Counted from the first letter of the stretch, positions 10,117-20,067 are shown. The stretch is DNA of 64,000 nt from Chloroflexota bacterium (GCA_021787395.1 JAJYLZ010000009.1:2639-66638); one strand, 5' to 3'. The notes: generated from the sequence alone by a model not told the origin. Program-made: numbers and translations.

Positions 10117-10320
10117 CGTTCCGGGGTCATCAGTTCGGGGTCCATCGGTGTCGAGCGGGCGCTCGCGTCATGCCTCGGCCCTCGGCGCGGACCTCAGCAG
10201 ACATCAGGGGTTGAGCACACATCACGACGCCTCGTCTTGGACGACAGGCGGAGCGTCGGGACCTTGACAGGTTCTCGCGAATGGCCGTCGCGGGGACCGC
10301 CCGACGACGCCGTCGACAGG

Positions 10321-10350
10321 ACAGGATACTCCCTGGGGGTATAAAGTCAA
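10321..10350 (-). promoter_or_regulatory. Sigma70 promoter of copB with CsoR/RicR-type operator
   Basis: Minus strand TTGACT-16 nt-TATCCT; ATACTCCCTGGGGGTAT (10326-10342) covers the spacer. Confidence 0.7.
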
Positions 10351-10539
10351 AGGGCTTCCGCCGTCCATCACAGGGACGGCAGCCGTGGGCAGCCGTATGG
10401 GTTCGCCTACCTCGGCGAGCCCATCTGGCCGGCAGGTGAGCCCGCGTGACGGCGGTCTGAGCACCGGTCCGTGCTTCGACGGATGCTCACGCCGGCCCGC
10501 GACCACGGGAATGCGAGGCCGCTCGGCGGCCCGGCAGTT

Positions 10540-10576
10540 CTCACGCCGTCATCACCCCGCACTCATCTCCGATTAA
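10540..10576 (+). promoter_or_regulatory. 11-bp-period operator array (class A)
   Basis: CTCA 10540, ATCA 10551, CTCA 10562, TTAA 10573. Confidence 0.6.
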
Positions 10577-10640
10577 GGCTGCTCGACGACCGTCTGCACC
10601 GTCACCGGGCGGGCTGCAGCAGGAGGGAGATTGGAGTGCG

Positions 10641-11294
10641 ATGGACGGCAACATGACCGTGTCTGGGTCCGCGACGGACCAAGACAGCTACAAGGCCCGC
10701 GTGGCCGAGCACGGGCGCCTCCGCTCCCTGCTGGAATCGTTCGCCTACTCCGGGCCGTACCGGGCAATGTTCAAGCGCGCCGCCCCGTTCTACGCCGAGT
10801 CGTACTGGTACTGCATGGGCGGCATCACCTTCCTGATGTTCGTCTACCTGACGGTGAGCGGCATCCTCCTGGCCTGGCTCGGGCCCTTCTGGTGGCTCAC
10901 CGACCCGGTGGGGCAGTTCCTCAAGGCCACCCACTACTGGTCGGCACAGGCGTTCTTCTTCTTCCTCGTCCTCCACCTGGTTCGCGTCTGGGCGACGGGC
11001 TCGTACCGGGGGCGCCGCTGGGTCAACTGGCTGATCGGCGGCACGACCCTGCTGCTGGCCCTGGGCGAGAACCTGTTCGGCCTGCTGGCGCGCGGCGACT
11101 GGGAATCGCAGTTCGTCTCGATGCACTCGGACAACATGCTGTTCATCCAGCCGTTCTTCCTCAACCTATTCAAGCCCGGCGACTTCACGACGGACCTGGC
11201 GATCCACGTGGCGGTGATCCCGGTCGTGATGTTCGGGCTGATCCTGGCCCACCTGACCCTGGTCCGCCTCCAGGGGATCGCGCGGCCGCTCTAG
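10641..11294 (+). CDS. Cytochrome b/b6 N-terminal domain protein
   Basis: YWYCMGG, SGILL, THYWSAQ...VLHLVR, W..G, G.L.RGDWESQ, HVAVIP...AHL heme-His pattern. Confidence 0.85.
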   Translation: MDGNMTVSGSATDQDSYKARVAEHGRLRSLLESFAYSGPYRAMFKRAAPFYAESYWYCMGGITFLMFVYLTVSGILLAWLGPFWWLTDPVGQFLKATHYWSAQAFFFFLVLHLVRVWATGSYRGRRWVNWLIGGTTLLLALGENLFGLLARGDWESQFVSMHSDNMLFIQPFFLNLFKPGDFTTDLAIHVAVIPVVMFGLILAHLTLVRLQGIARPL

Positions 11295-11316
11295 GCCGCA
11301 ACCCGGAGGTGCGAGC

Positions 11317-12273
11317 ATGACATCCCAACCTGCCATGGCATCCGAGCGCACGGGGGAGACGTCGGGCCCGCCCGAGACGCACGTGCGCCACGCGTTCTGG
11401 AAGTACCCGCTCATCGCGGCCGCGATCCTTGTCGTCATCGTCGTCGTCGCCCTCGTCGCGGGCTCGCCCAACTGGCCGCGGGACAGCATCGCCACCGTCG
11501 CCAAGCAGGACCCTGGCGGCTCCGTCCTCGCCTTCACCCAGGAGCTCGACGGCACGTCGTCGTCCTGGGGCAACACGGGGGAGGTCAACTCGCGGCCCGA
11601 CCAGCTGTTCGTGCTCGGGCCGCTGACGGCCTACGAGCCCCTGCTCGGGGCCCCGGTGAGCGCCGCCGTGGCGATGTACGAGCAGGCGTCCGACGCTCAG
11701 CGGCAGGCGTGGGCGTCAGCCTACGACGACGCGCTCGGCACGATCACCCCGGAGGGCTCCGGCGGCGGCATGGAGGGCGCGGCCAGCCCCGACTACTCGA
11801 AGGTCGGCACGCTCACCGGCGACTTCGGCCCGGTCCCCGCGCTGACGGCCGCGTCGCTCCAGCTGGCGCAGGGCGGATACCTCCAGATGTACCTGACCGC
11901 GCTCCGCCCGGGCCACTCGCTCCACCTGACGACCATCTGGCTCTACGACGAGCCTGCGATGCTCAACACGGCCGTCGACCAGGGCCTCACGGACGACCAG
12001 TGGGGGATGATGAAGGAGCGCGGGTTCGCGGTCGGCCCGTGGTACCTGGCCCTGCCCGCGGTCATCCACGTGCTGCTCCCGGGCGGCGCGACCGGCATCG
12101 GGTTCACGCTCTGGAACCTCGGGTTCGCGCTCCTGTTCCTGTTCGCGGTGCCCCTCGTTCCGGGTCTGCGCGGGCTCCCGAAACGGCTCCGGCTGTACCG
12201 GCTGGTGTACCGCTACCCGCTCAGGGACGAACGGGTGACTCCGTATCCGGGCGCCGGCGAGGAGGCACGATGA
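11317..12273 (+). CDS. Membrane-anchored hypothetical protein, partner of cytochrome b
   Basis: N-terminal TM, extracytoplasmic domain, C-terminal GPWYLALP..TM..VPLVPGLRGLP..L.LYRLVYR; RBS GGAGG. Confidence 0.75.
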   Translation: MTSQPAMASERTGETSGPPETHVRHAFWKYPLIAAAILVVIVVVALVAGSPNWPRDSIATVAKQDPGGSVLAFTQELDGTSSSWGNTGEVNSRPDQLFVLGPLTAYEPLLGAPVSAAVAMYEQASDAQRQAWASAYDDALGTITPEGSGGGMEGAASPDYSKVGTLTGDFGPVPALTAASLQLAQGGYLQMYLTALRPGHSLHLTTIWLYDEPAMLNTAVDQGLTDDQWGMMKERGFAVGPWYLALPAVIHVLLPGGATGIGFTLWNLGFALLFLFAVPLVPGLRGLPKRLRLYRLVYRYPLRDERVTPYPGAGEEAR

Positions 12274-12560
12274 ACGGAGGAGACGTCGCGATGCACTGGC
12301 GGCGCGGGCTCGCCGAGGCGGCCCTGTTCATCGCGGCGTCGACCGCCGGGATCTACGGGCTCGGCGAGGGCCTGAACGGCTTCTTCGGCGGTGCTGCCGA
12401 CCCCTGGTGGCTCGCCGTGAGCGCCGTGGCCCTCGCCGTCCTCGCCAAGCAGATGGGCCGGGTGCAGGACCGCTGGCCGCGGCGGGCAGCCCCGGCCGGC
12501 GACGTCAGCGGAACGGCAATCAACTCCCCCGCCAGCGGCGGACGCGACCACCAGCACTGA
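12270..12560 (+). CDS. Small 2-TM membrane protein
   Basis: ATGA coupling to the upstream gene, RBS GGAGG, two hydrophobic segments. Confidence 0.7.
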   Translation: MNGGDVAMHWRRGLAEAALFIAASTAGIYGLGEGLNGFFGGAADPWWLAVSAVALAVLAKQMGRVQDRWPRRAAPAGDVSGTAINSPASGGRDHQH

Positions 12561-12569
12561 GGAACCACC

Positions 12570-12668
12570 ATGCGCGCTCACCTTGACGCCTATACCGCGG
12601 CCGCCTCGATCGTGCTCCTGGCTGCCCTCATCCTCGCGCTGCTCGCGGTGGTCAACCCGATCACCTAG
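12570..12668 (+). CDS. 32-aa single-TM peptide
   Basis: MRAHLDAYTAAASIVLLAALILALLAVVNPIT*; RBS GAGGA; absent from the ORF track. Confidence 0.65.
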   Translation: MRAHLDAYTAAASIVLLAALILALLAVVNPIT

Positions 12669-12737
12669 CCCCGCCGAACGGCCGAGCAGCCCGTCCCCCC
12701 CGGAGGATTCGTGAACAAGTCGCCCCAGGAGCGCCCG

Positions 12738-13424
12738 ATGGCGGCTCCGACACCCGCAGGCCGAGCACCGTCAACCCGAGCGGCCCGGCGTCAGGCGGCC
12801 CGACGCGAGGGCAAGCTCGCGACCGGCGGGCGCGCCGGAGCCGCCAGCCACCGTCGCCGCCCGACGAGGCTGGCGACCGGCCTCGTCGCGGTGATCGCGG
12901 TCGGCATCCTCGCTGCCGGCGCCGCCTTCGCCGCGGGCGCGTTCGGCGGGGGAACCGGCGCGAGCCCCGTCCCGTCCGGCACCGCGGTCTTCGCGGAGTC
13001 GGACCACGCGCACGTCACGGGGACCGTCTCGTACGACCGCACCCCGCCGGCGGGCGGCGCCCACAGCGCGGTCTGGCTCAACTGCGGCGTCTACCCCGAT
13101 CCCGTGCCCGACGAGAACGCCGTGCACTCGCTCGAGCACGGCGCGGTCTGGATCACCTACCGCCCTGACCTGGCGACCGACGAGGTGGCCCAGCTCCGGC
13201 AGTTCGCCGAGAGCCACCGCGTGGGCACCCAGGGCTACATCATCCTGAGCCCGTATCCGGGGATCCCCTCGCCGATCGTCGCCTCGGCCTGGGGTGCGCA
13301 GCTGGCCGTCCCAAGCCCGGGCGATCCGGACCTGGCCGCGTTCGTCCAGCACTACGCGGGCGGAGCCCAGGGCGGCGAGCCGGGCGGCGAGTGCACGGGC
13401 GGCGTAGGGTCGCCGGTCGGCTGA
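12738..13424 (+). CDS. DUF3105-domain membrane-anchored protein
   Basis: PPAGGAHSAVWLNCGVY, VHSLEHGAVWITY, SAWG, EPGGEC. Confidence 0.85.
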   Translation: MAAPTPAGRAPSTRAARRQAARREGKLATGGRAGAASHRRRPTRLATGLVAVIAVGILAAGAAFAAGAFGGGTGASPVPSGTAVFAESDHAHVTGTVSYDRTPPAGGAHSAVWLNCGVYPDPVPDENAVHSLEHGAVWITYRPDLATDEVAQLRQFAESHRVGTQGYIILSPYPGIPSPIVASAWGAQLAVPSPGDPDLAAFVQHYAGGAQGGEPGGECTGGVGSPVG

Positions 13425-13515
13425 CCGATCTGGCGCGCCCGGGCCGCGGGGCGCCCTGTTCGAGCCGGTTGGGGCGGCCTCGTCCCAGGCGTGGCCGCGC
13501 CGCGAGTGCCGCGCG

Positions 13516-13549
13516 GTGAAACGGTTCGGGCACGGCGTGTCCCTACCGG
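13516..13549 (+). promoter_or_regulatory. Putative ECF-sigma promoter, copy 1
   Basis: GTGAAACGGTTCGGGCACGGCGTGTCCCTACCGG; 31/34 identical to 17108-17141(-). Confidence 0.65.
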
Positions 13550-13589
13550 TGCGGGACAACGAGGTCCCCCGTACCGAAGGATCGCAACC

Positions 13590-13850
13590 GTGCTTCACCT
13601 GACCGCCCTCCACGCCGTCGCCCGCCCGCTCGCCGCCGCAGCCCTCGCCGTCGCCGGGATCGCCGGCCCGGGCATCGTGGTGGCGCAGGCCGTCCCGGCC
13701 GCGCCCGCCGCGGTGCACGCCGCTGCGTGCGCGACCGCGCCCCGCGCTGCGGGCGCGTCGCGGGCATGGCTGCGCGTCGACATGCCCGGCTCCTGCGCTT
13801 CCAAGGCACGCGGTGTCGCGATGGGCATGACCGGCCGCGGCAGCCGCTAG
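13590..13850 (+). CDS. Small secreted protein (paralog of 16617-17069)
   Basis: GTG start with RBS GAAGGA; MLHLTALHAVAR signal-like N-terminus. Confidence 0.55.
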   Translation: MLHLTALHAVARPLAAAALAVAGIAGPGIVVAQAVPAAPAAVHAAACATAPRAAGASRAWLRVDMPGSCASKARGVAMGMTGRGSR

Positions 13851-14106
13851 AGCTGGCGTCTGCTGGAGTCATCGGGGCCTCGCCCGAGCCGGCCAGACAG
13901 GGCTGGGCGGCGGCTGCGTCGAGCTGATGGCCACCGTCGGCGCGGCGGTCATGCATGGATGCTCCGTCCGGTATGCAGCCGCGACCGTGGAGAAGTGGCA
14001 TGACCCGCCGGGAGGCCCGGGCGGCGCGCTTCGAGTCGGCCGGGATCGTCGTCTCGCTCTCGTCCGCGTGGGCTCGCGGTCGTCGGCTTGCGGCTAGGAT
14101 GCTCTG

Positions 14107-14812
14107 ATAACCCTGCACGACCGCCCGCCGCGCGTCCTCGTCGTCGACGACGAGCCGGCGATCCGCGCGGTCGTGCGCGGCTTCCTCGAGCGCGACGGGC
14201 TGGACGTGTCGGAGGCGGGCGACGGTCCGTCGGCGGTCGACGCGGCCGTCGGGCTCGAGCCCGACGTGATCGTCCTCGACGTCATGCTTCCCGGGTTCGA
14301 CGGCCTCGAAGTCCTCCGCCAGGTGCGCGCCTTCTCCGACCCCATGGTGGTGCTCCTGACCGCCCGGACCGAGGAGGTGGACCGGATCGTCGGGCTGCGG
14401 GTCGGCGCGGACGACTACGTGACGAAGCCGTTCTCGGCAGCCGAGCTGGCTGCGCGCGTCGAAGCGCTCCTGCGCCGGCGCCGCGCAGCGCCCGCCTCGG
14501 CCAGCGGCACCCCGGAGGGATTGGTGCTCGACACCGCCCGCCGGCTCGTCTCGGTCGACGACGAGCGCGTCGAGCTCACGATGGATGCTCGAGTTCGACC
14601 TCCTCGCGGCCATCGCCCGCGACCCCGGCGTCGTGCTCACGCGCCAGCAGCTGCTCGACGCGGCGTGGGGCGAGGACTGGATAGGCGACGAGCACGTCCT
14701 CGACGTCCACGTCGCCAACCTGCGCCGCAAGCTCGGCGACGAGCCGTCGCGGCCGCGGTTCGTCGAGACCGTGCGCGGCGTCGGCTACCGGCTCCGGACA
14801 GACGCGCAGTGA
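14107..14812 (+). pseudogene. OmpR-family response regulator, disrupted
   Basis: [33 protein letters not shown]; GATG duplication at 14580-14587 shifts frame; start reads ATA; no adjacent kinase. Confidence 0.8.
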
Positions 14813-15100
14813 ACCGGGCAGGCAGTGCCGAGCGCTTCGGAGCGCGCAAGTAGGCCCGCGACGCCGTGCGGTGCGGGTTGACGCGCCGACCTGGGTGGGC
14901 CTCACGGGCGCCATCGTCGCGCCGCGAGCCCTCCACCGGGCGGGTCGGTCCCGCTCGCTGAACGCCGCCGAGCGGCCCCTGGTTCGCGTCAAGCAGTCGC
15001 TGGTCGAGGCGATCGTCGGCACCCCCTCCGTGGCAGGCAGTGGCGGGGGCTCGTCGCGACCTTCACCCCGCGGCAGCCGCTCGCCCGACGCGGCGCCAAC

Positions 15101-15778
15101 TCAGCCGCCCGGCTGATGGCTGGACCCGGGCTGGCGGCCCGGCTTCGACATCGACGTGGGCGCGACGGTCCTCGTCGGCATCGGCATCGCGGTGGGCATC
15201 GCGCTCCGTGTCGGCATGGGGGAGGGCATCGCCGTGGGCATGGAGGTGGGCATCCCAGTGGGCATCGCGGTCCGTTTCGGCAACGGTGACGTCATCGGCA
15301 TCGCCGTCGGCATGCTGGTGGACGGTGACATCGGACGGGGCGACATCGGCATCGCGGAACCCATCGGGCGGGATGGCGACGGCAGGGGCGACACGACCGG
15401 CGACGGGGTGGGCGAGGGATGCGTGGCCACCCACGCCGCGGCCACCACCCCGCCGCCGGCGCCGCCCAGGGCGACGACCACCGCCAGGATGACGAGCGCC
15501 GACGATGCCCGGACGGCGACCGGCCTGCCGGCGCCCAGGGCGACCCGCCATGCGTCGCGTATGGCCGCCAGGACGCCCGACGGCCTCCGCGAGCGCGCGG
15601 CGGCTGCCATCGCGGAGACCGGGGCGGGCATCGGCTCCTCGGCGAGCGCGGCCATGATGTCGCGGGCGAGCTCCGGCCGCGGGGCCGGCCCCTCGTCGCG
15701 GGCTGTGCGCTCGAGTGCGGCGGCCGCCGAGCTGATCCGCGCCGCCTCGTCCGGGGTGAACCCGTCGCGCTCGGTCAT
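15101..15778 (-). CDS. Putative anti-sigma factor with Met/Pro/Thr-rich extracytoplasmic tail
   Basis: Coupled to the ECF sigma stop; single TM; repeats MPTAMP/MPTSMP. Confidence 0.7.
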   Translation of the reverse strand: MTERDGFTPDEAARISSAAAALERTARDEGPAPRPELARDIMAALAEEPMPAPVSAMAAAARSRRPSGVLAAIRDAWRVALGAGRPVAVRASSALVILAVVVALGGAGGGVVAAAWVATHPSPTPSPVVSPLPSPSRPMGSAMPMSPRPMSPSTSMPTAMPMTSPLPKRTAMPTGMPTSMPTAMPSPMPTRSAMPTAMPMPTRTVAPTSMSKPGRQPGSSHQPGG

Positions 15779-16527
15779 CGGGCTGCCTCCAGCGTGTCGA
15801 GCCGCTCCCGCAGCCGCAGGAGGCCGCGGTGCAGGTGGGTCTTGACGGTGCCCTGCGGCCGGCCGCAGGCCTCGGCGATCTCCGGGACGGTCAGCCCCGC
15901 GAAGTAGCGCAGTGCCACCGTCTCGCGGTAGGGCTCCTCGAGGGAACGGAGCGCGTCGCGGACGACCGCAGCCTCCTCGCCCGCGAGCGCAAGGCGGCCG
16001 GGGTCGGTGGCATCCGCCGCGTCGGCTGCCGCGCCCGCGAAGTGGCGCGCGACGCGTCGTCCGCCGGGGTCGAGCATCTCGTCCTGGCCGTCGAGCGACG
16101 CTGCGTCGATCCAGTCCACGGGGCGCCGCTGGTGGGCCCGGCGGATGGAGATGCGCACCGCGATCCGCGAGATCCAGGCGATGAACGGCCCGTCCCCCCG
16201 CCAGTCGGGAAGCGAGCGGTAGGCGGCCACGAATGCCTCCTGTGCCGCGTCCTCGGCGTCGGCCGCGTTCCCAAGGACCCGATAGCAGACCCGGGTCACG
16301 GCCGGCAGGTCCCGCTCGACGAGCACGGCGAACGCGTCGCGGTTCCCGTCGAGGACGGCGCGGACGGCACGCACCGCCGTATCGTCGCGCTCGACAGCGG
16401 CAGGCTGATCGGCGGTGGCGTCAGGCTGGGGTTCGATGGCGCGAGGCCTCTCGCTGGGGCACCGCTCGGGTGCTGGCGACGCAGGGACGGTGTCAGCATC
16501 GTCGGGTGCCCCGCTGGGAGTGGTCAG
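15775..16527 (-). CDS. ECF RNA polymerase sigma factor (start uncertain)
   Basis: DAEDAAQEAF, WISRIA, LTVPEIAE...GTVKTHLHRG. Confidence 0.88.
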   Translation of the reverse strand: MTTPSGAPDDADTVPASPAPERCPSERPRAIEPQPDATADQPAAVERDDTAVRAVRAVLDGNRDAFAVLVERDLPAVTRVCYRVLGNAADAEDAAQEAFVAAYRSLPDWRGDGPFIAWISRIAVRISIRRAHQRRPVDWIDAASLDGQDEMLDPGGRRVARHFAGAAADAADATDPGRLALAGEEAAVVRDALRSLEEPYRETVALRYFAGLTVPEIAEACGRPQGTVKTHLHRGLLRLRERLDTLEAAR

Positions 16528-16616
16528 GGTCCGTCCGGCTCGTCTCGCCTGACGACGGACCCCAAGACGGCCCGTCGTCAGGCACGCGTTCGGTGGCCCG
16601 TCGGTTCGCGGCCTCG

Positions 16617-17069
16617 TCAGTGGCCCATGCCGGAGCCCATCCCGGAGCCCATCCCCGAGCCCATCCCGCGGTAGCCCGCAGCATCGCAACCGATGAGGCA
16701 GGGCGCCGTGGTTTGGCGGGGCGCCGAGGTCGCGCCGGGCGCCTGCTGCGTCGTGGTGGTCATCCACTGCTGGCGGTCGGTCGCCATGGTCGTCCACTGC
16801 TGCTGATTGGCGGCCCGGGTGGTGGCCTGCACCTTCGCCGAGGCGGCGGGCGCGACGGACATCATCGGCCCGAGGGGCGAGGCGGGTGCCACCGACGCCA
16901 TCGGCGCGAGGGACGCTGCCGCGGGCGCGTGTGAGGCGGCAGCTGCCTCACCCGGCGTCCGCGACGTGACGGCGTTGACCCCCAGGGCACCGGATGCGAC
17001 GAGCGCCCCGGCGAGCAGCGCGCGGGCGGCGACGTGTGCGATGGTCTGGAACGCGGTGAAGTGCAGCAC
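16617..17069 (-). CDS. Met-rich secreted protein with (GMGS)n-H tail
   Basis: GTG start with RBS GAGGA; signal peptide; CLIGC; GMGSGMGSGMGSGMGH. Confidence 0.65.
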   Translation of the reverse strand: MLHFTAFQTIAHVAARALLAGALVASGALGVNAVTSRTPGEAAAASHAPAAASLAPMASVAPASPLGPMMSVAPAASAKVQATTRAANQQQWTTMATDRQQWMTTTTQQAPGATSAPRQTTAPCLIGCDAAGYRGMGSGMGSGMGSGMGH

Positions 17070-17107
17070 GATTGGTCCTCGGTGACGTGGAGTCTTGATG
17101 CTCCATG

Positions 17108-17141
17108 CCGGTAGGGGCACGTCGCGCCCGAACCGTTTCAC
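17108..17141 (-). promoter_or_regulatory. Putative ECF-sigma promoter, copy 2
   Basis: GTGAAACGGTTCGGGCGCGACGTGCCCCTACCGG. Confidence 0.65.
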
Positions 17142-17568
17142 GTGTCGCACTCCGGCGCTGTCCGGCCGGCGTGCAGCGCGAGGAGTGCCCGCCTCAGCGT
17201 CGATCTCGGTGGGTGGGTCGTAGCTCCACCGCCCGCAGGCTGAGCGGCGGGCGAGGCCTGGGCGGTCGGGCAGCCGCGGCCCGAACGCTCGGGACGGGGA
17301 CGCGTGCTGCCACGACCTTGACCTGATCTTAACTGAGCGCGGGGGCACGTCGCTGTAGACTTGCGGAATGGCGATTCGGCTCGAGTTGGGGTGTACGTGT
17401 CCGCGGCGGCTGCGCTGTGCAGAGGCCACGACCTCGGACTCCCGACGAGCTGATCGTCCCGGCCGGCCCGACTTCGGCTGACCTGAGGTCTCGACCGAGG
17501 CCTCCTTTCCTGAGCAGCGCACGCCGCGACTTGTCTCGCCACGCGCCCCTCAGCCCTCGTGCCCAGGA

Positions 17569-18351
17569 ATGGAAGCCCCCATGACCCTCGCGACACTCGA
17601 CGCTCCCCGTCCTACCCTGCCCCCTGCCTTCGCTCCGTGCTGCGCGACCCACCAGCACGACGCGCGCCAGCTCGCCCGCGTCGCCGCGGCGGTCATGCCC
17701 CCCGGCACCGCCCTCGACATCGGGTCGGGAACCGGGGCCGTATCCGTGCGGCTGCTCCGCCTGCGGCATGACCTTCGCATCGTCGGTGTCGAAGTGTCGT
17801 CGGCGGCTGCGCGCGAGTCGGTCCGGCGCGCGACGGCGATGGGCCTCGGCGACCGCTTCCGCGTCATCCGCGGCGACGCCCTCGCGACCCGCCTGCCGGA
17901 TGCGCCGTCGGTCGTGGTCAACCCGCCCCTGCTGCCGACCGAGGGGTGGTTCGCGCCCCCAGCGGCGTCGTCCCCGCGGGAGGGCTTCGCGGCCGCCCTC
18001 GTCCGCCGCCTCGGCGAGCGGCAGGCCACGTCCGACATCTGGATCCACCTGTTCGACTTCCACGGCATCGACCGGTCGTTCGGCTGGGGGACGCCGATCG
18101 CGCAGGTGGCGGCCGACCTCGGGTTCGAGCTCGGGCTCCCGCACCGAGGCTGGCGCGCTGTCGGGCCGACCAGCCGCATCCGAGACGCGCTTCCCCTGCT
18201 GGCCCTCCTCTTCCCCGATGCCAGGGCCATCGTCGACGGCGCGCCGGCCCGCCTGCAGGAGCTTCGGACGATCGAGACGCGCCCGCTGCTGATCCCCCAC
18301 TCGGTCGTCCGGCTCCACCGGACGCAGAGCCCGAACGGAGCCGCCCGATGA
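17569..18351 (+). CDS. Class I SAM-dependent methyltransferase
   Basis: ALDIGSGTG, VGVE, VVNPP; N-terminal PCC; coupled to CBS. Confidence 0.75.
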   Translation: MEAPMTLATLDAPRPTLPPAFAPCCATHQHDARQLARVAAAVMPPGTALDIGSGTGAVSVRLLRLRHDLRIVGVEVSSAAARESVRRATAMGLGDRFRVIRGDALATRLPDAPSVVVNPPLLPTEGWFAPPAASSPREGFAAALVRRLGERQATSDIWIHLFDFHGIDRSFGWGTPIAQVAADLGFELGLPHRGWRAVGPTSRIRDALPLLALLFPDARAIVDGAPARLQELRTIETRPLLIPHSVVRLHRTQSPNGAAR

Positions 18352-19400
18352 CCGCCACCGCCGGCGCGGCTGCCTCGCCGCGTGCCATGCGTTACGCCGA
18401 TTCCGTGCTCGACCTCGTCGGCCACACCCCACTCGTCCGCCTGTCCCGCGTCACGCGGGGCCTGGGCGCGGCGGATGCCCAGCCCGTGCTCCTCGCCAAA
18501 CTCGAGATGCTCAACCCGGGGGGGTCGGTGAAGGACAGGATCGGGCTGCCGATGATCGAGGCGGCCGAGCGGGCGGGGCTGCTGCGGCCGGGCGGGGTCA
18601 TCGTGGAGCCCACCTCGGGCAACACGGGCCACGGCCTCGCGATCGCGGCGGCCCTCAGGGGCTACCGCTGCATCTTCGTGGTGGCCGACAAGCAGTCCGA
18701 GGAGAAGCGGTCGCTCCTCCGCGCCTACGGCGCCGAGGTCGTCGTCTGCCCCACCGGCGTTCCCCCGGAGTCGCCCGACAGCTACTACAGCGTTGCCCGG
18801 CGCCTTGTCGAGCAGACGCCCGGGGCCTTCAGCCCCGGCCAGTACTGGAACCGCGAGAACCCGGCGGCCCACGAGCGGAGCACTGGCCCGGAGATCTGGG
18901 AGCAGACCGCCGGGCGGATCACCCATCTGGTCGCCTCGGCCGGAACCGGAGGGACGATCAGCGGCACGGGCCGCTACCTGAAGGACCGCAACCCGGCCAT
19001 CGAGGTGGTCGGCGCCGACCCGGAGGGCTCTGTGCTCTCGGGCGACGCGGCGAGGAGCTACCTGACGGAGGGCGTGGGGGAGGACTTCCTCCCGGGCACC
19101 TTCGACCCGGCCGTCGTCGACCGCTGGGTCCGTGTGCCCGACAGCGTCGCCTTCCACACCGCCCGGCGGATGGCACGCGAGGAGGGCATCCTCGCGGGCG
19201 GCTCCTCGGGCACCGCCGTCGCGGCCGCGAGGCTGGTCGTGCAGGAGCTGGTCGAGCGGGGCGGAGGACCCGAGAGCGTGGTGGTCGTCGTCCTACCGGA
19301 CACGGGGCGGAACTACTTGACCAAGTTCCTCGACGACGGCTGGCTGCGCGACCGGGGGATCCCGGCCGACGGCGTGGAGCACGCCCGCTTCGTCGAGTAG
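18348..19400 (+). CDS. Cystathionine beta-synthase/cysteine synthase family PLP enzyme (no C-terminal CBS domains)
   Basis: NPGGSVKDRIG, EPTSGNTG, GTGGT, ADPEGS, EGVGEDF, GGSSG. Confidence 0.9.
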   Translation: MTATAGAAASPRAMRYADSVLDLVGHTPLVRLSRVTRGLGAADAQPVLLAKLEMLNPGGSVKDRIGLPMIEAAERAGLLRPGGVIVEPTSGNTGHGLAIAAALRGYRCIFVVADKQSEEKRSLLRAYGAEVVVCPTGVPPESPDSYYSVARRLVEQTPGAFSPGQYWNRENPAAHERSTGPEIWEQTAGRITHLVASAGTGGTISGTGRYLKDRNPAIEVVGADPEGSVLSGDAARSYLTEGVGEDFLPGTFDPAVVDRWVRVPDSVAFHTARRMAREEGILAGGSSGTAVAAARLVVQELVERGGGPESVVVVVLPDTGRNYLTKFLDDGWLRDRGIPADGVEHARFVE

Positions 19401-19451
19401 GAGCGGGCGGGCGGGCCGCCTCGGACCGAGGGGCACCGCCCGCCCGGGCTG

Positions 19452-19649
19452 CTACATCTCGGCCACGTAGCCCTCGGTGAGGAACGTCTCGGGGTCCTCG
19501 CCGAACTCGAGGAGGCAGCCCTTGCCGCAGAAGACGTACTCGCGGCCAGCGTGGTCGCGCGCGAGGCCCTTCTTGCGGGCCTCGGCGACATCGACCTTCA
19601 TCCCGCAGACGGGGTCTTCGTCCGGCGCGACGGCGCGGTGCTCGGCCAT
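19452..19649 (-). CDS. YHS/TRASH-domain protein
   Basis: DPVCGM...FCGKGC; RBS GAGGAG. Confidence 0.85.
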   Translation of the reverse strand: MAEHRAVAPDEDPVCGMKVDVAEARKKGLARDHAGREYVFCGKGCLLEFGEDPETFLTEGYVAEM

Positions 19650-19662
19650 GTCGGAACTCCTC

Positions 19663-20010
19663 TCAGTGGTGGTGCGCGGCCCCGAGGGCGGCCTGCTCGG
19701 CGTCAAGGGCGGCCTTGACGTCCGGGTACGCCTCGGACAGGCAGCACGAGCAGCTCTCGTACCAGCGGCGCATGCCGGCGTCGATCACGACGGGGCCCGC
19801 GGGCGCGATCGAGGGATCCGCCGCGGCCGCCTCGGCCGTCGCGATGTACTCGGGCGGGTCGTCCACGAACGACCGGCGGCAGCCTCGGCCGCAGAAGGCC
19901 CATGTCCTGCCGTCGTGCTCGAGGAGCAGGCCAACCGCCTCGGCCTTCGCGACGTCGACGGACATGCCGCACACGGGGTCGATCAGGGTCTCCGGTCGGG
20001 GTTCCTGCAA
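19663..20010 (-). CDS. YHS-domain protein with C-terminal CSCC motif
   Basis: DPVCGM...FCGRGC...WYESCSCCLS...HHH. Confidence 0.8.
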   Translation of the reverse strand: MQEPRPETLIDPVCGMSVDVAKAEAVGLLLEHDGRTWAFCGRGCRRSFVDDPPEYIATAEAAAADPSIAPAGPVVIDAGMRRWYESCSCCLSEAYPDVKAALDAEQAALGAAHHH

Positions 20011-20067
20011 CGCGAGGCTCCTTCTGGTGGGTCGCCCCGCCGGGCGGCCTGAACCAGTCTACGGCGG

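Noticed and set aside
15150-16670. Short repeats (GGCATCG units, 12-bp GMGS units) as CRISPR or VNTR
   Set aside because: They are coding low-complexity Met-rich repeats with no spacer structure and no cas genes
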